Below, piece after piece: positions 17,102-27,075 of a DNA stretch of 64,000 nt (the stretch's first letter is position 1; each line of letters starts with the position of its first letter). The stretch covers positions 2,394 to 66,393 of the IMG/VR virus record IMGVR_UViG_3300047362_000301; one strand, given 5' to 3'. The notes beneath the pieces are model-generated. The model searched no databases. It worked only from the letters and a program-made list of their open reading frames with translations, and was not told the DNA's origin. Made by a program: the position numbers and the translations under genes. This DNA comes from a virus.

Positions 17102-17350
17102 ATGAGTTTATCTAAAAAAAGAATACAAGACAAAATTGAAATAGTAGGAGAATTTAAAACTATACAAGTTAGATATGCTGACCAGATTATTGAAGATGGT
17201 CAAGTTTTATCTCAAACTTACCATAGAGAAAGTATAGAATGTGACAATGAAGCAAAAGCTATTGAACACAATGTAAAAGCTTTAGCTGATATATACTGGA
17301 CAGATGAAATAAAAGAAGCTTATACAAAAAGTTTAGAAATAGTAGGTTAA
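17102..17350 (+). CDS. Putative tail fibre assembly/chaperone protein
   Basis: DKIEIVG...IQVR..IIEDG....YHR...WTDEIK family that typically follows LDDYEEG fibres. Confidence 0.55.
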   Translation: MSLSKKRIQDKIEIVGEFKTIQVRYADQIIEDGQVLSQTYHRESIECDNEAKAIEHNVKALADIYWTDEIKEAYTKSLEIVG

Positions 17351-17359
17351 ATAAAATAA

Positions 17360-19606
17360 ATGGCAAAATTATCTAATATTAATGGTAAATTTGCGGTTGA
17401 AGATACCGGTGCTATAAGATTTAGTGATCAAACTGGTACCACAGGCCAGATATTAAAATCAAATGGTAATTCAGCCCCAACCTGGGTTGATCCAAACACT
17501 GTTGGTACAGGGCCTTGGTTACCTTTAGCTGGTGGTGTAGTTTCTGGCCCTACAACTTTTCAAAGTAGTTTAACCGTTGGTGGGTTATTAACAGGAGCTA
17601 ACGCAACGTTTAATGGTTTAATGAAGCTTGATGCTGGAGGTATTTTGCAATTTGCCGCAAATACTGCTACACCATCAATGGGTGTTGCTATTCATAGATC
17701 AGCAGCTGACACTTTAAATTTTGTTACAGCTTCAACAAACAGGTTAACCATAAATGGTTCAGGTACAGTTGATATAACCGCTACCGTATCGGATGCTGTA
17801 TTTTTAAGAAGTTCACAAGCTACAACTACAAACGTATACATAACAAACACAAATGCTACTTCAAATAATACTGCTAACTTATATTTTGCACCCGCTAATA
17901 ACATAGCTGGTTCTTACATACAATCAACAGCAATAGAAGATTTTTCAAGTTCGGCAAATAGAACATCAGATTTGAGGTTTGCAGTTAGAAAAGATGGTAC
18001 ATTTAATGAAGCTGTTATTATAGATAGTTCTGGAAACGTAGGAATTGGAGTAACACCTTTTGCGCATACATTATCGACGTCTGCTTCATTGGATTTAAAA
18101 GGTAATGGTGGAATATGGGGTTATGCTGGTGCAACTTATGTAAATTCAAATGCTTATTACGATAGTGGATGGAAATATAAAACAACAGCTCCAGCAGCGG
18201 TTTTACAAGTAGGTGGTTCATCACAGGAATTAACTTTTAGACAAGCGGTAAGCGGAACAGCGGGTAATGCTATAACATATACTCAACCTTTTACAATAGA
18301 TACTTCAGGCAAAGTCGGAATCGGAACAACTTCACCTACTGCTCGTTTTAATGTTAAGGCTAGTGGCTCTACTGTAGATCAAATAGCGGTTACACATTCT
18401 GGTAACACAGTTGAAATTGCTCAATTAGGACAAAGCGCTAATGGTAATTCAGCAGGTGCTTTACTGTTAAAAACCAATGGTGGAACTGATAAAATATATT
18501 TAGATGCAGCAGGAACTTCTTATTTTAATGGCGGCAACGTAGGAATAAATGCAACTGACCCAGTAAAAACTTTAGACGTTCGAGGTAGTTTAGCAATATC
18601 AAATAGTACAGGTTCATATTGGTATATGGACAGAAATGATACTACAGGTAATTTTGATTTAAATGAAAATGTTAATGGTACTCTTTTTACTGTTACTCCA
18701 AATGGAAACGTAGGAATAGGAACGACTGCTATACCATCAGATCTTTATACTGCTTCAGGTGGTGGATGGAAAGTGTTACAAATAGGACAGTCAAGTCAAA
18801 TAGCCGCTTATGGAACAGATGATGAAATAGCAATATGTCAAAATACTTATTTAAATTCATCTGGTGTATTTCAAGCTATTACAAGTAATGTAGCGGGTTC
18901 ATCTATAATTTTAGTAGATGGAAAAATATATTTTAAAAACGCAAGTACTAGTGGCACGGCTCAAACTACTTCTACAAGTATGTTTATTGATACAACTGGA
19001 AATGTAACTGTTAATGAAGGGAATTTATTTTTAGGAGTTACTTCATCAAAACAAGGAACTGCATATTTTTGGTCAAATGCAAATGATTCAAGAATGTCTA
19101 TTGCAAATACTGGTAGTGCTTTTGAATTAAGAGCAACATATTTAAGTACTGCAGGATATAAACCTATTGATTTTTATACAAGTGATTCTTTAAGTATGCG
19201 TATAACATCTGGGGGTCAAATAGAATTTGCTGCCACTTATAACAATACTACTGCGTCTGCTGCAAATATGCACATAAGTAGTGCAGGAGGTCAAATTTTT
19301 AGGTCAACTTCATCTTTAAAATACAAAACAGATGTTAGAGATTATGACAAAGGATTAAATGAAGTAATGCAATTACAACCTAAATACTATAAAGGTAAAG
19401 ATGATGGCGATACTCAATTTGCAGGTTTAATAGCAGAAGATGTTAACGATTTAGGATTGACTGAATTTGTACAATATGCAGAAGACGGAACTCCAGATGC
19501 TTTGGCTTATACTCATATGGTGGCATTATTAGTTAAGTCAATACAAGAACTAAAAGCAGATAACGATATACTAAAAGCTAGAATAAAAATATTAGAAAAT
19601 AAATAA
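17360..19606 (+). CDS. Tail fibre/RBP 2 with Peptidase S74 intramolecular chaperone
   Basis: GNVGIG repeats; STSSLKYKTDV...GLIAEDV...LVKSIQELK. Confidence 0.85.
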   Translation: MAKLSNINGKFAVEDTGAIRFSDQTGTTGQILKSNGNSAPTWVDPNTVGTGPWLPLAGGVVSGPTTFQSSLTVGGLLTGANATFNGLMKLDAGGILQFAANTATPSMGVAIHRSAADTLNFVTASTNRLTINGSGTVDITATVSDAVFLRSSQATTTNVYITNTNATSNNTANLYFAPANNIAGSYIQSTAIEDFSSSANRTSDLRFAVRKDGTFNEAVIIDSSGNVGIGVTPFAHTLSTSASLDLKGNGGIWGYAGATYVNSNAYYDSGWKYKTTAPAAVLQVGGSSQELTFRQAVSGTAGNAITYTQPFTIDTSGKVGIGTTSPTARFNVKASGSTVDQIAVTHSGNTVEIAQLGQSANGNSAGALLLKTNGGTDKIYLDAAGTSYFNGGNVGINATDPVKTLDVRGSLAISNSTGSYWYMDRNDTTGNFDLNENVNGTLFTVTPNGNVGIGTTAIPSDLYTASGGGWKVLQIGQSSQIAAYGTDDEIAICQNTYLNSSGVFQAITSNVAGSSIILVDGKIYFKNASTSGTAQTTSTSMFIDTTGNVTVNEGNLFLGVTSSKQGTAYFWSNANDSRMSIANTGSAFELRATYLSTAGYKPIDFYTSDSLSMRITSGGQIEFAATYNNTTASAANMHISSAGGQIFRSTSSLKYKTDVRDYDKGLNEVMQLQPKYYKGKDDGDTQFAGLIAEDVNDLGLTEFVQYAEDGTPDALAYTHMVALLVKSIQELKADNDILKARIKILENK

Positions 19607-21379
19607 ATGGCAAACTTATCAAATATAAATAACGTATTACGAGTTTCATCAAATCTTAGAGTTGGTATAAATACAGATGCAGCTTCTTATGCTTTAGAAA
19701 TAGGTGGAACTAATTCAGGTATTAAATTAAAAAATTCAGGTGGTAGTGGTAAAGTTTACTCTATTTTATCAGATACATCTGGTAATTTTCAAATATATGA
19801 TGATGCGGCTGGAGATGGAAGATTAGTTATAAATGATATTGGAAATGCAACTTTTGCAAAAAATGTATTATTAAATGGATATTTAAGTGTTGAAGGTACT
19901 ACAGGAAATACAGGTGGTGCAACAGATAGATGGATAGGTGGAGATGGAACAGCAGGAACTTGGTTTTATAATGTTCCAACAGGTTCAAGTCATTTATTTG
20001 GAATAAATAATTCTAATGTTTTAACTTTAAATGGAACAGGAGCAGCTTTTACAGGAATCGTAACAACAGATAAAATATTTGTTGCTAAAGGTCAAAACTT
20101 AACACACACAGCAAGTTCTGTTAAAATTTCACAAGAAAATACAACTAAAAGTCAAATTAGATGTTATGGTGCAGACGTAAATACAGCAGGAACCTTTGAG
20201 CTTATTCTTAGCTCTACTGATGGAACCCCTAGTTATACAGCGTTAGCTTTCGATAATACTGCAAATGCAACTTTTGCAGGAAATATTTATAGTGGACTTA
20301 ATGGAATGATGGAGTTTCGTTCATCTAGCTATAATAATAGACAAATTGGAATTGATTCTCAAGGTTTTTACGTTTTTAATCCAGTTGCGGTTAGTGGAGG
20401 TAGATACGATTTAAAAATGAATGATAGTGGAAACGCAATTTTTGCAGGAAATGTAAATGTAGGTGGTTCTGTTAGTTCGCCTGCAAGCGTAGGAACAGTT
20501 TTAGGTGTAGTTGGTAGAAATGGAATAGGTGCAGGAACAGCAGGAATTGTATTAAAAGATTATGATAATGCAGCTTGGGATATATGGAATAGTGGAGGAA
20601 TATTAAATTTTAGATATAATAATGGTGCAAGTGGAGCAGGAAATGGGGTTAATATAGATACAACTGGTAACGTAAGTGTGTATGGAAGAATGCGTATTTT
20701 TGCAGGCTCTAATAGTAGTTGTTTAATAAAATTTGGCACAGATGATTCTGATCCATCAAATAGTGGTATTGGTCGTATAGAATATTTAAATTCGGATAAT
20801 TCTATGAGATTTAGAACTAACAATACGGATAGAATGCGTATAACATCTGGAGGACATATTTTATTTGGAAATACAAGTGCTTCTTTAACGTCTGGTCTTG
20901 GTTTTAAATATATCGATGATGCAATTGCTCCTTATATAGGTTTAGTAGGAAATAGTTCGTCATCTACAGGTAATACAAATTATCATTATTATAACACGAA
21001 TGCTTCGTATAATGGTTTTAGATTTTATATAGCTAACAATGGAGGTATATATAATTTTGCAGCTAACAATGTAAATCTATCAGATGAAAGAGTAAAACAC
21101 AATATTGAAAACTCTGGAAAATATTTAGATAAAATATGTTCTATCCCAGTAAGATTATTTAATTACAAAGATGAACCAGAAGGAACTAACAAAAATCTTG
21201 GTGTTATTGCACAGGAAGTCGAAGCTATAGCACCCGAACTTGTAAACAATGATGGTTTTGGAGAAACTCCAGAAGATGGAATAGAATTAAAAACTGTTTA
21301 TTCAACTGATATGATGTATGCTTTGATGAAATCAATACAAGAACTAAAAGCAGAAATAGAAATATTAAAAAACAAATAA
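19607..21379 (+). CDS. Tail fibre/RBP 3 with Peptidase S74 intramolecular chaperone
   Basis: LSDERVKHNI...GVIAQEVE...LMKSIQELKAEIE. Confidence 0.85.
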   Translation: MANLSNINNVLRVSSNLRVGINTDAASYALEIGGTNSGIKLKNSGGSGKVYSILSDTSGNFQIYDDAAGDGRLVINDIGNATFAKNVLLNGYLSVEGTTGNTGGATDRWIGGDGTAGTWFYNVPTGSSHLFGINNSNVLTLNGTGAAFTGIVTTDKIFVAKGQNLTHTASSVKISQENTTKSQIRCYGADVNTAGTFELILSSTDGTPSYTALAFDNTANATFAGNIYSGLNGMMEFRSSSYNNRQIGIDSQGFYVFNPVAVSGGRYDLKMNDSGNAIFAGNVNVGGSVSSPASVGTVLGVVGRNGIGAGTAGIVLKDYDNAAWDIWNSGGILNFRYNNGASGAGNGVNIDTTGNVSVYGRMRIFAGSNSSCLIKFGTDDSDPSNSGIGRIEYLNSDNSMRFRTNNTDRMRITSGGHILFGNTSASLTSGLGFKYIDDAIAPYIGLVGNSSSSTGNTNYHYYNTNASYNGFRFYIANNGGIYNFAANNVNLSDERVKHNIENSGKYLDKICSIPVRLFNYKDEPEGTNKNLGVIAQEVEAIAPELVNNDGFGETPEDGIELKTVYSTDMMYALMKSIQELKAEIEILKNK

Positions 21380-21380
21380 A

Positions 21381-21752
21381 ATGGCAATAACTTACAAATG
21401 GACAATTAACCAAATGAATGCACATATCCAAGCTGAAGGCGAGGACAATGTGATTTTTACAGTACACTGGACGTATTCTGGATCAGAAGATGTTAGTGGA
21501 AAAATTTACTCAGCAAGTCAAATAGGTGCTACAAGTTTTACTTATGTAAAAGGAGATCCTTTTATACCTTACGAAGACACTGAAGCTTTTGAAAACGTAG
21601 TAATTGGATGGCTTGAAGGTGTGCTAAACGTACCGTCTATGCAATCCAGTATTGAAGCTACTATTCAAAAAGAAATTACACCTGTTAACGAAGATTTATA
21701 CTTTACGTGGCAAAACCCACCCGCACCACCGGTACCACCTGTGGAAGAATAG
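21381..21752 (+). CDS. Tail-fibre-associated protein
   Basis: MAITYKWTI...VHW...FIPYED...VIGW family commonly downstream of S74 fibres. Confidence 0.55.
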   Translation: MAITYKWTINQMNAHIQAEGEDNVIFTVHWTYSGSEDVSGKIYSASQIGATSFTYVKGDPFIPYEDTEAFENVVIGWLEGVLNVPSMQSSIEATIQKEITPVNEDLYFTWQNPPAPPVPPVEE

Positions 21753-21753
21753 T

Positions 21754-21782
21754 GTAAGTTTGTAAAAAAACAAGTGATAGTA
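21754..21782 (+). promoter_or_regulatory. Class II promoter-like motif (copy B)
   Basis: GTAAGTTTGTAAAAAAACAAGTGATAGTA upstream of the GroEL/head operon. Confidence 0.55.
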
Positions 21783-21792
21783 TAACTAAACC

Positions 21793-21815
21793 TATGTCAC
21801 TGTGGTAGTGACATA
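21793..21815. repeat. Palindrome TATGTCACT-GTGGT-AGTGACATA
   Basis: 9-bp perfect inverted repeat containing GTGACA half-sites, 10 nt downstream of promoter B. Confidence 0.6.
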
Positions 21816-21855
21816 AACCTATAAAATAATGTTTAACCCTTAAAACCTAAAAACA

Positions 21856-22182
21856 ATGACTTATTTTTATTCGTTGAGCTCAAGTATGGGCCAACCCCAA
21901 CAACCACAGATTACCGAAGAAACTATTAAATATTGGAAGCATTTAGCTGAAAAGAAAAACTGGAGAATTGTTCAGTTACCTAATGGTTATTTTCAAACCG
22001 AGTACAAAGACCCAAATTGCACGTGTGATCCCGAAAAAGATCCGTGTTGCGAAAAATGGATAGACGTAACGAGGCGTGAAACTATGAAAGCCGCTGAAAC
22101 TGCTATTGATGGTAGTGTTGATCACTACGGTAAAAAAGTAGATTTCTTAAAAGGACCTAAAGTAGTTAAGACGTTTAAATAA
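21856..22182 (+). CDS. Conserved phage hypothetical protein
   Basis: 108 aa; NWRIVQLPNGYFQTE...W.DVTRRET motif. Confidence 0.6.
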   Translation: MTYFYSLSSSMGQPQQPQITEETIKYWKHLAEKKNWRIVQLPNGYFQTEYKDPNCTCDPEKDPCCEKWIDVTRRETMKAAETAIDGSVDHYGKKVDFLKGPKVVKTFK

Positions 22183-22214
22183 TATCAATCAATCAAATCA
22201 AATTAAATTAAATT

Positions 22215-23771
22215 ATGTCAAATGCAATTGTAAAAAATCTGAACTTTGGTTCGGATGCTAAAAACAATGTGTTTGCTGGTATTACAAAACTTACACAAGC
22301 CGTTAGCTCCACACTAGGAGCTAGTGGCAAATGTGTTATGTTAGAAGATAGTACTGGTCAACCTATTATTACAAAAGATGGTGTAACTGTAGCTGAAGCT
22401 ATTACACTTCTTGATCCTGTTGAAAACATGGGAGCAACATTACTTAAACAAGCCGCAAAAAAAACTGTTAGTGAAGCAGGTGATGGAACCACTACAGCAA
22501 CCGTATTGGCTCATGCTATACTAAGTGAAGCATACAAAGTAATAACAAAAGAAAACTCAAGAGAAGTAAAAGAAAGTATACTTACGGCTACAAACAAAGT
22601 AGTTGATTACTTAGATTCTATAGTAACACCAGTAGATGGTGATATGATAGATCAAGTTGCTACAATATCTACAAATAATGATCCTATACTTGGTAAAATT
22701 ATTGCAGATGCTTTTAGATCAGTTGATCAAACAGGTGTAGTGATGCTAGAGGTTTCTGATTTACCAGAAACTAATTTTGAAACTATTGATGGTGTACAAT
22801 ATGATAGAGGATTAAAAAATATACATTTTGTAACTAATCAAGATACTAAAACAGCTGAACTAGATAAACCTTTAGTTTTAATTGTAGAGTCAGAGGTTGA
22901 AAATGTAAGAAAAATACAAAGTGTTTTAGAGTATGCTATAAAGAATAAAAGAGCATTGCTTATTATTGCTGATGTTGATCAACAAGTTATGTCAGCTTTA
23001 GCAATGAACAAAATAAAAGGTAATATTAAAGTAAATGTTATCGATGCACCTATTTATGGTGTAAATAAAAAAGAAACACTAGAAGATTTAGCGTTACTTA
23101 CAGGTGCTACAGTTATCAATGAAGATCTTGGAGATGATATTGATTTAATACAACCTGAACAACTTGGTGAATGTAAGAAAACAATAACTAGTGAGCATGA
23201 AACCATATTGCAAGTTCATGAGGTGAATAAAGAAGTCAAAGATTTAATTGAAGATATAAAAGCTAAACTTAAAACAGCTAAACACCCAGGTATTGTAGTT
23301 AATAATGAAAAAAGATTAGCTAGGTTATCAGGTAAAGTTGCTGTTGTAAAAGTTGGTGCTAATTCCGAAGTTGAATTAAAAGAAAAACGTGATAGAGTTG
23401 AAGATGCTATCTGTGCTACTAAAGCTGCTATTAAAGAAGGTATTGTACCTGGTGGTGGTATTGCTTTATTAAATGCATCACAAGAAATAGATACTTCAAA
23501 CTCTTTAGAAAAAATACTTTTAAGAGCTATTAAATCTCCTTTCAATACAATACTTGCTAATGCTGGTATTAAAAATGAAAAGTTTTTTAATCAAGAAGGT
23601 AAAGGTCTAAACGTTGTTACAGGAAATATGGTAAATATGATTGAGTCAGGGATTATTGATCCTTTACTTGTCACAAAAAGTGCATTAAAAAATGCTAGCT
23701 CTGTGGCTAGAACTATTTTATCAACCGATTGTGTAATCAATAATCTTAGAATTAATGAAAGCAATAGGTAA
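22215..23771 (+). CDS. groEL: Phage chaperonin GroEL
   Basis: ITKDGVTVA, GDGTTTATVLA, ERLARLSG-like KRLARLSGKVAVVKVGA, EGIVPGGG, GIIDP; no GGM tail. Confidence 0.95.
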   Translation: MSNAIVKNLNFGSDAKNNVFAGITKLTQAVSSTLGASGKCVMLEDSTGQPIITKDGVTVAEAITLLDPVENMGATLLKQAAKKTVSEAGDGTTTATVLAHAILSEAYKVITKENSREVKESILTATNKVVDYLDSIVTPVDGDMIDQVATISTNNDPILGKIIADAFRSVDQTGVVMLEVSDLPETNFETIDGVQYDRGLKNIHFVTNQDTKTAELDKPLVLIVESEVENVRKIQSVLEYAIKNKRALLIIADVDQQVMSALAMNKIKGNIKVNVIDAPIYGVNKKETLEDLALLTGATVINEDLGDDIDLIQPEQLGECKKTITSEHETILQVHEVNKEVKDLIEDIKAKLKTAKHPGIVVNNEKRLARLSGKVAVVKVGANSEVELKEKRDRVEDAICATKAAIKEGIVPGGGIALLNASQEIDTSNSLEKILLRAIKSPFNTILANAGIKNEKFFNQEGKGLNVVTGNMVNMIESGIIDPLLVTKSALKNASSVARTILSTDCVINNLRINESNR

Positions 23772-24015
23772 TAATTTAATAGTGGACATGACAAAACAAG
23801 GTGTCTCTGAAACCAAAGGCGGTTTGTTTTTAGCAGAAAAACAACGAGAAGATATAAGATATGCTGAGGGTACTGTGTTGTCAGTAGGCTCTAGTGTTGT
23901 AGGGATTAAAGAAAATGATGTTATTTATTTTGATAAAAACAACGCACATCAAATAGAAATTAAAAAAGAAATATATCAAGTTGTTAACATAGCACACGTA
24001 GTTGTTGTGTTATGA
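23755..24015 (+). CDS. groES: Co-chaperonin GroES
   Basis: ETKGGLFL mobile loop, GTVLSVG, IKENDVIYF; overlaps the groEL end. Confidence 0.85.
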   Translation: MKAIGNNLIVDMTKQGVSETKGGLFLAEKQREDIRYAEGTVLSVGSSVVGIKENDVIYFDKNNAHQIEIKKEIYQVVNIAHVVVVL

Positions 24016-24455
24016 GATTAGAACCAAGTGATATTCGAGATCAAAATATTTTAAAACATTACAGGATCATAAGAAAATGGGCTTGTAAGAACAATGATTT
24101 AAACGATGCTGATTTAGAATTACTAATTTATTTCGATTGCATGGATCTTTTTACTAGAGAAGATTTTAAAATCGGTACATATTCTTATAGTTGGGATAAC
24201 AGACGCTGGAACAGATTACTTAAAGAAGGTTGGATAACGGTTTGGAGAAAACACAACCGCACAACACAAAAGTATAATATTTATAAAGTTTCCTTTAAGT
24301 GTAAACAACTAATAAGTCGCATGTACCGTATCATGCTTGGTAAAGAAGATATACCAACTTCTACCGCTAGAAATAAAATAATGAAAGGTAAAACTTATAT
24401 AGACAAGGTTATGATTACGTCTATAAACCACGTTAATAAAGATAAAAACAGATAA
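24012..24455 (+). CDS. Hypothetical protein, possible winged-helix
   Basis: LNDADLELLIYF...RLLKEGWI pattern reminiscent of wHTH proteins. Confidence 0.45.
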   Translation: MRLEPSDIRDQNILKHYRIIRKWACKNNDLNDADLELLIYFDCMDLFTREDFKIGTYSYSWDNRRWNRLLKEGWITVWRKHNRTTQKYNIYKVSFKCKQLISRMYRIMLGKEDIPTSTARNKIMKGKTYIDKVMITSINHVNKDKNR

Positions 24456-24552
24456 TCATGGGAAAAAAAGAAAAAGAAGTTGTAAAAAAAGAATCTTCTT
24501 ACAACAAAATTATTCACAAAAAAATTGAAAAGCTTAAAGCTAGACTAAAATA

Positions 24553-24915
24553 ATGGGATTACTTTCTAATATAGGTTCAGACTTGATTAAAAAAGCTATG
24601 GATGCCAGAAAAGATACGTCTAAACCTGGTCACACTCATTCTTCTGAAAAAGAAAAACCTGTTTATGATAAACCGCCTGAAGTAGGAGGAGTGTCTTCTG
24701 ATCCTGCACCTAGTTTTATGGGTAAGAATCAAGTTGATGATTTTAAAATATTAACTGATCCTTTATCTGTAGATAGAGGTGGTAGAACAGTTGCTCAACC
24801 AGATGGTTTAGATAAAGTAGGTATATTACCAGCCATGAACCCTCCAATGGCTGTACCAACATCACCAAATATAGATGAACAAGGTGTTAATAGCTTGTAC
24901 TCTGATAAAATGTAA
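24553..24915 (+). CDS. Hypothetical low-complexity protein
   Basis: 120 aa Pro-rich ORF. Confidence 0.5.
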   Translation: MGLLSNIGSDLIKKAMDARKDTSKPGHTHSSEKEKPVYDKPPEVGGVSSDPAPSFMGKNQVDDFKILTDPLSVDRGGRTVAQPDGLDKVGILPAMNPPMAVPTSPNIDEQGVNSLYSDKM

Positions 24916-25103
24916 ATATTATGATAAAAAAACCAGGACAAAACGGACAAAACGCTATATGGGACTCAGGTTTAGCAAAAGAAGGTAGAACGCTTGTAAA
25001 AGGTAATTCAAGATACGGTGACAACTGTATGGAGGTTATGAAAGCTGATGTACCTTATAAAGCAGGACCAATCAGTTCTTTAGCAAAGTAAAAACTCACT
25101 AAA

Positions 25104-25568
25104 ATGAGTGATAGAATAAGTGAACACATCTCGCTTAAAGAAGGGATTAAATCTAACACAGCCACTAGGTTAAATATTGATAATACACCTCGTGATTTAG
25201 ACTTGATTAACATGAAAACTATTGCTGAAAAAGTTTTTGAACCATTACGTAAATTTGTAGGTGGTCCAATCGCTATTAATAGTTTCTATCGCTCACCCAA
25301 ATTAAATTCTGCTATTGGCGGAAGTACAACCTCACAACATTGTATAGGATGTGCAATTGACATAGATGATAAATACGGTCATAAAACTAATGCAGAAATG
25401 TACGAGTATATTAAAAATAATTTAGATTATGATCAGATGATTTGGGAGTTTGGAACAGAAAATAATCCAGACTGGGTACATGTAAGTTATGTTTCAGAAG
25501 ACGTTAATAGAAGACGATGTTTACAAGCTTACAAAGAAAATAGTAAAACAAAATATAAAGTAATATAA
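25104..25568 (+). CDS. Peptidase M15 family endolysin
   Basis: SFYRS..LN.AIGGS..SQH..G.AIDI and WVHVS zinc-peptidase motifs. Confidence 0.85.
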   Translation: MSDRISEHISLKEGIKSNTATRLNIDNTPRDLDLINMKTIAEKVFEPLRKFVGGPIAINSFYRSPKLNSAIGGSTTSQHCIGCAIDIDDKYGHKTNAEMYEYIKNNLDYDQMIWEFGTENNPDWVHVSYVSEDVNRRRCLQAYKENSKTKYKVI

Positions 25569-25846
25569 TGGCATACGTACAGCATGGATCTCCTTTTACA
25601 AGACTTAGAAAAACAACTAAAGGTAAAGGAAGAAATTTTAGAAGTGCTGATGAAGGTGCTGGTATGACTGATAAGGGTGTTAAAGAGTATAGAAAACAAA
25701 ACCCAGGTAGTAAATTAAAAACTGCAGTAACAGGTAAAGTTAAACCTGGTAGTAAAGCTGCTAAAAGAAGAAAATCATTTTGCGCTAGATCAAAAGGTTG
25801 GACCGGTGAAAGAGGTAAAGCCGCTAGACGTAGATGGAAATGTTAA
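25568..25846 (+). CDS. Small basic protein (RRKSFCAR family, DUF6321-like)
   Basis: GMT.KGV..YR..NPGSKLKTAVT...RRKSFCAR...RRWKC; N-terminal GSPF. Confidence 0.65.
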   Translation: MAYVQHGSPFTRLRKTTKGKGRNFRSADEGAGMTDKGVKEYRKQNPGSKLKTAVTGKVKPGSKAAKRRKSFCARSKGWTGERGKAARRRWKC

Positions 25847-25869
25847 ATAAAAAAAAAAAATAAAACATT

Positions 25870-26634
25870 ATGATTAGAAATTATTATACTGAAGCTTTTA
25901 AAGGTGGTGTTACACCAGTTGTCAGTGGTACTCAATTGATTGACGGTACAGTTAAAATAACAGAATCAACAACAGCAACATCAGTTACTAATGCGGCTAC
26001 ATCTGTAACTATAGTATTAACACTTAATGCTTCTATAAAAAGAGGTATGTATATCACAGGACCCACAGTAGCTCCTAGCCCAATAACTATAAATGATAAT
26101 CTTATAGTTGAGCAAGTTGTACATGCAACTAATACTACTATAACATTAAACAAACCTGTTCAAATGAATGCTGGTCAAACATTAACATTTTTTAATGTAA
26201 ATCAGAATAGTTGGAAAGAATATAGTTTGTATGTAGGTATCTCACCAGAACAAGGTAACAATTTTGGATCAGTAACTAGTGCAACAGCAAATCTATCAGC
26301 TGCTGCTCAAAAAGTTGTAACTTATAAAGTTTCTAATCCATATATTCAGTCAGGGATGAATGTTTATGATGATGGCGTTTTAGTTGGAGTTGTTGATGTA
26401 GTAAATACTGCTAACCAACTAACGTTAGTAGCTAATTTAGCTGCTCTTATAGCTAATGATTCAGTTTTAACCTTTTCATTCAGTGTATTACCTAGTGTGT
26501 CTGTTTTAACTGTTGATAACCAAACAATGACATTTACAAATCCTGCTCAAGGTTTTGTATTGCCAGTTTCAGTTGTTCAGGTAACTGCAGTAGCAGGAGG
26601 TATAACAGCAGCAAGTTTAATCGCATTACATTAA
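25870..26634 (+). CDS. Putative virion structural protein with duplicated small beta domain
   Basis: Two I..GM.(I/V) units (IKRGMYITG, IQSGMNVYD); T/V-rich. Confidence 0.55.
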   Translation: MIRNYYTEAFKGGVTPVVSGTQLIDGTVKITESTTATSVTNAATSVTIVLTLNASIKRGMYITGPTVAPSPITINDNLIVEQVVHATNTTITLNKPVQMNAGQTLTFFNVNQNSWKEYSLYVGISPEQGNNFGSVTSATANLSAAAQKVVTYKVSNPYIQSGMNVYDDGVLVGVVDVVNTANQLTLVANLAALIANDSVLTFSFSVLPSVSVLTVDNQTMTFTNPAQGFVLPVSVVQVTAVAGGITAASLIALH

Positions 26635-26638
26635 TATT

Positions 26639-26845
26639 ATGGCTTATATACAATCTCCATTATTAAAAAAATTTCCTGAAATAAAGGAAAGTAATAAAGG
26701 TAAATTTACAGCTTGGGCTAAAAAGAACGGTTTTAAAGACGCTTGTTCTGCTGCTAGTGCTGTAATGTCAAAACAAAAAGAATATTCACCAGCGGTGGTC
26801 AAAATGGCTAACTACGCTAAAAACTTCGGATGTAAATCCAAATAA
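26639..26845 (+). CDS. Small basic protein (NKGKFT...ANYAKN family)
   Basis: MAYIQSPL N-terminus; IK.SNKGKFT motif. Confidence 0.6.
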   Translation: MAYIQSPLLKKFPEIKESNKGKFTAWAKKNGFKDACSAASAVMSKQKEYSPAVVKMANYAKNFGCKSK

Positions 26846-26854
26846 AAAAAAACT

Positions 26855-27073
26855 ATGGATACAAAAATTACTAAAGGTAATGTGAAGTCTGCCATCAAAG
26901 ATGATAAAGCTCACATCGATTATTTAAAAAGAGATGTTTTAGATGATCAAAAAAAAGGAGGTAAATACAAAGATATTAATCAAACAGCTGACGAAAAACA
27001 TATTTCTAAACTAGCTGGAGACATAAAGCATGATCATACTTTTTTGTCTAAACATATGAAACACAATAAATAA
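26855..27073 (+). CDS. Small His/Lys/Asp-rich protein
   Basis: 72 aa ORF. Confidence 0.5.
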   Translation: MDTKITKGNVKSAIKDDKAHIDYLKRDVLDDQKKGGKYKDINQTADEKHISKLAGDIKHDHTFLSKHMKHNK

Positions 27074-27075
27074 TC

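Noticed and set aside
15031-21379. Diversity-generating retroelement acting on tail fibres
   Set aside because: No reverse transcriptase and no roughly 100-nt template/variable repeat pair differing at adenines; the repeats are short and exact.
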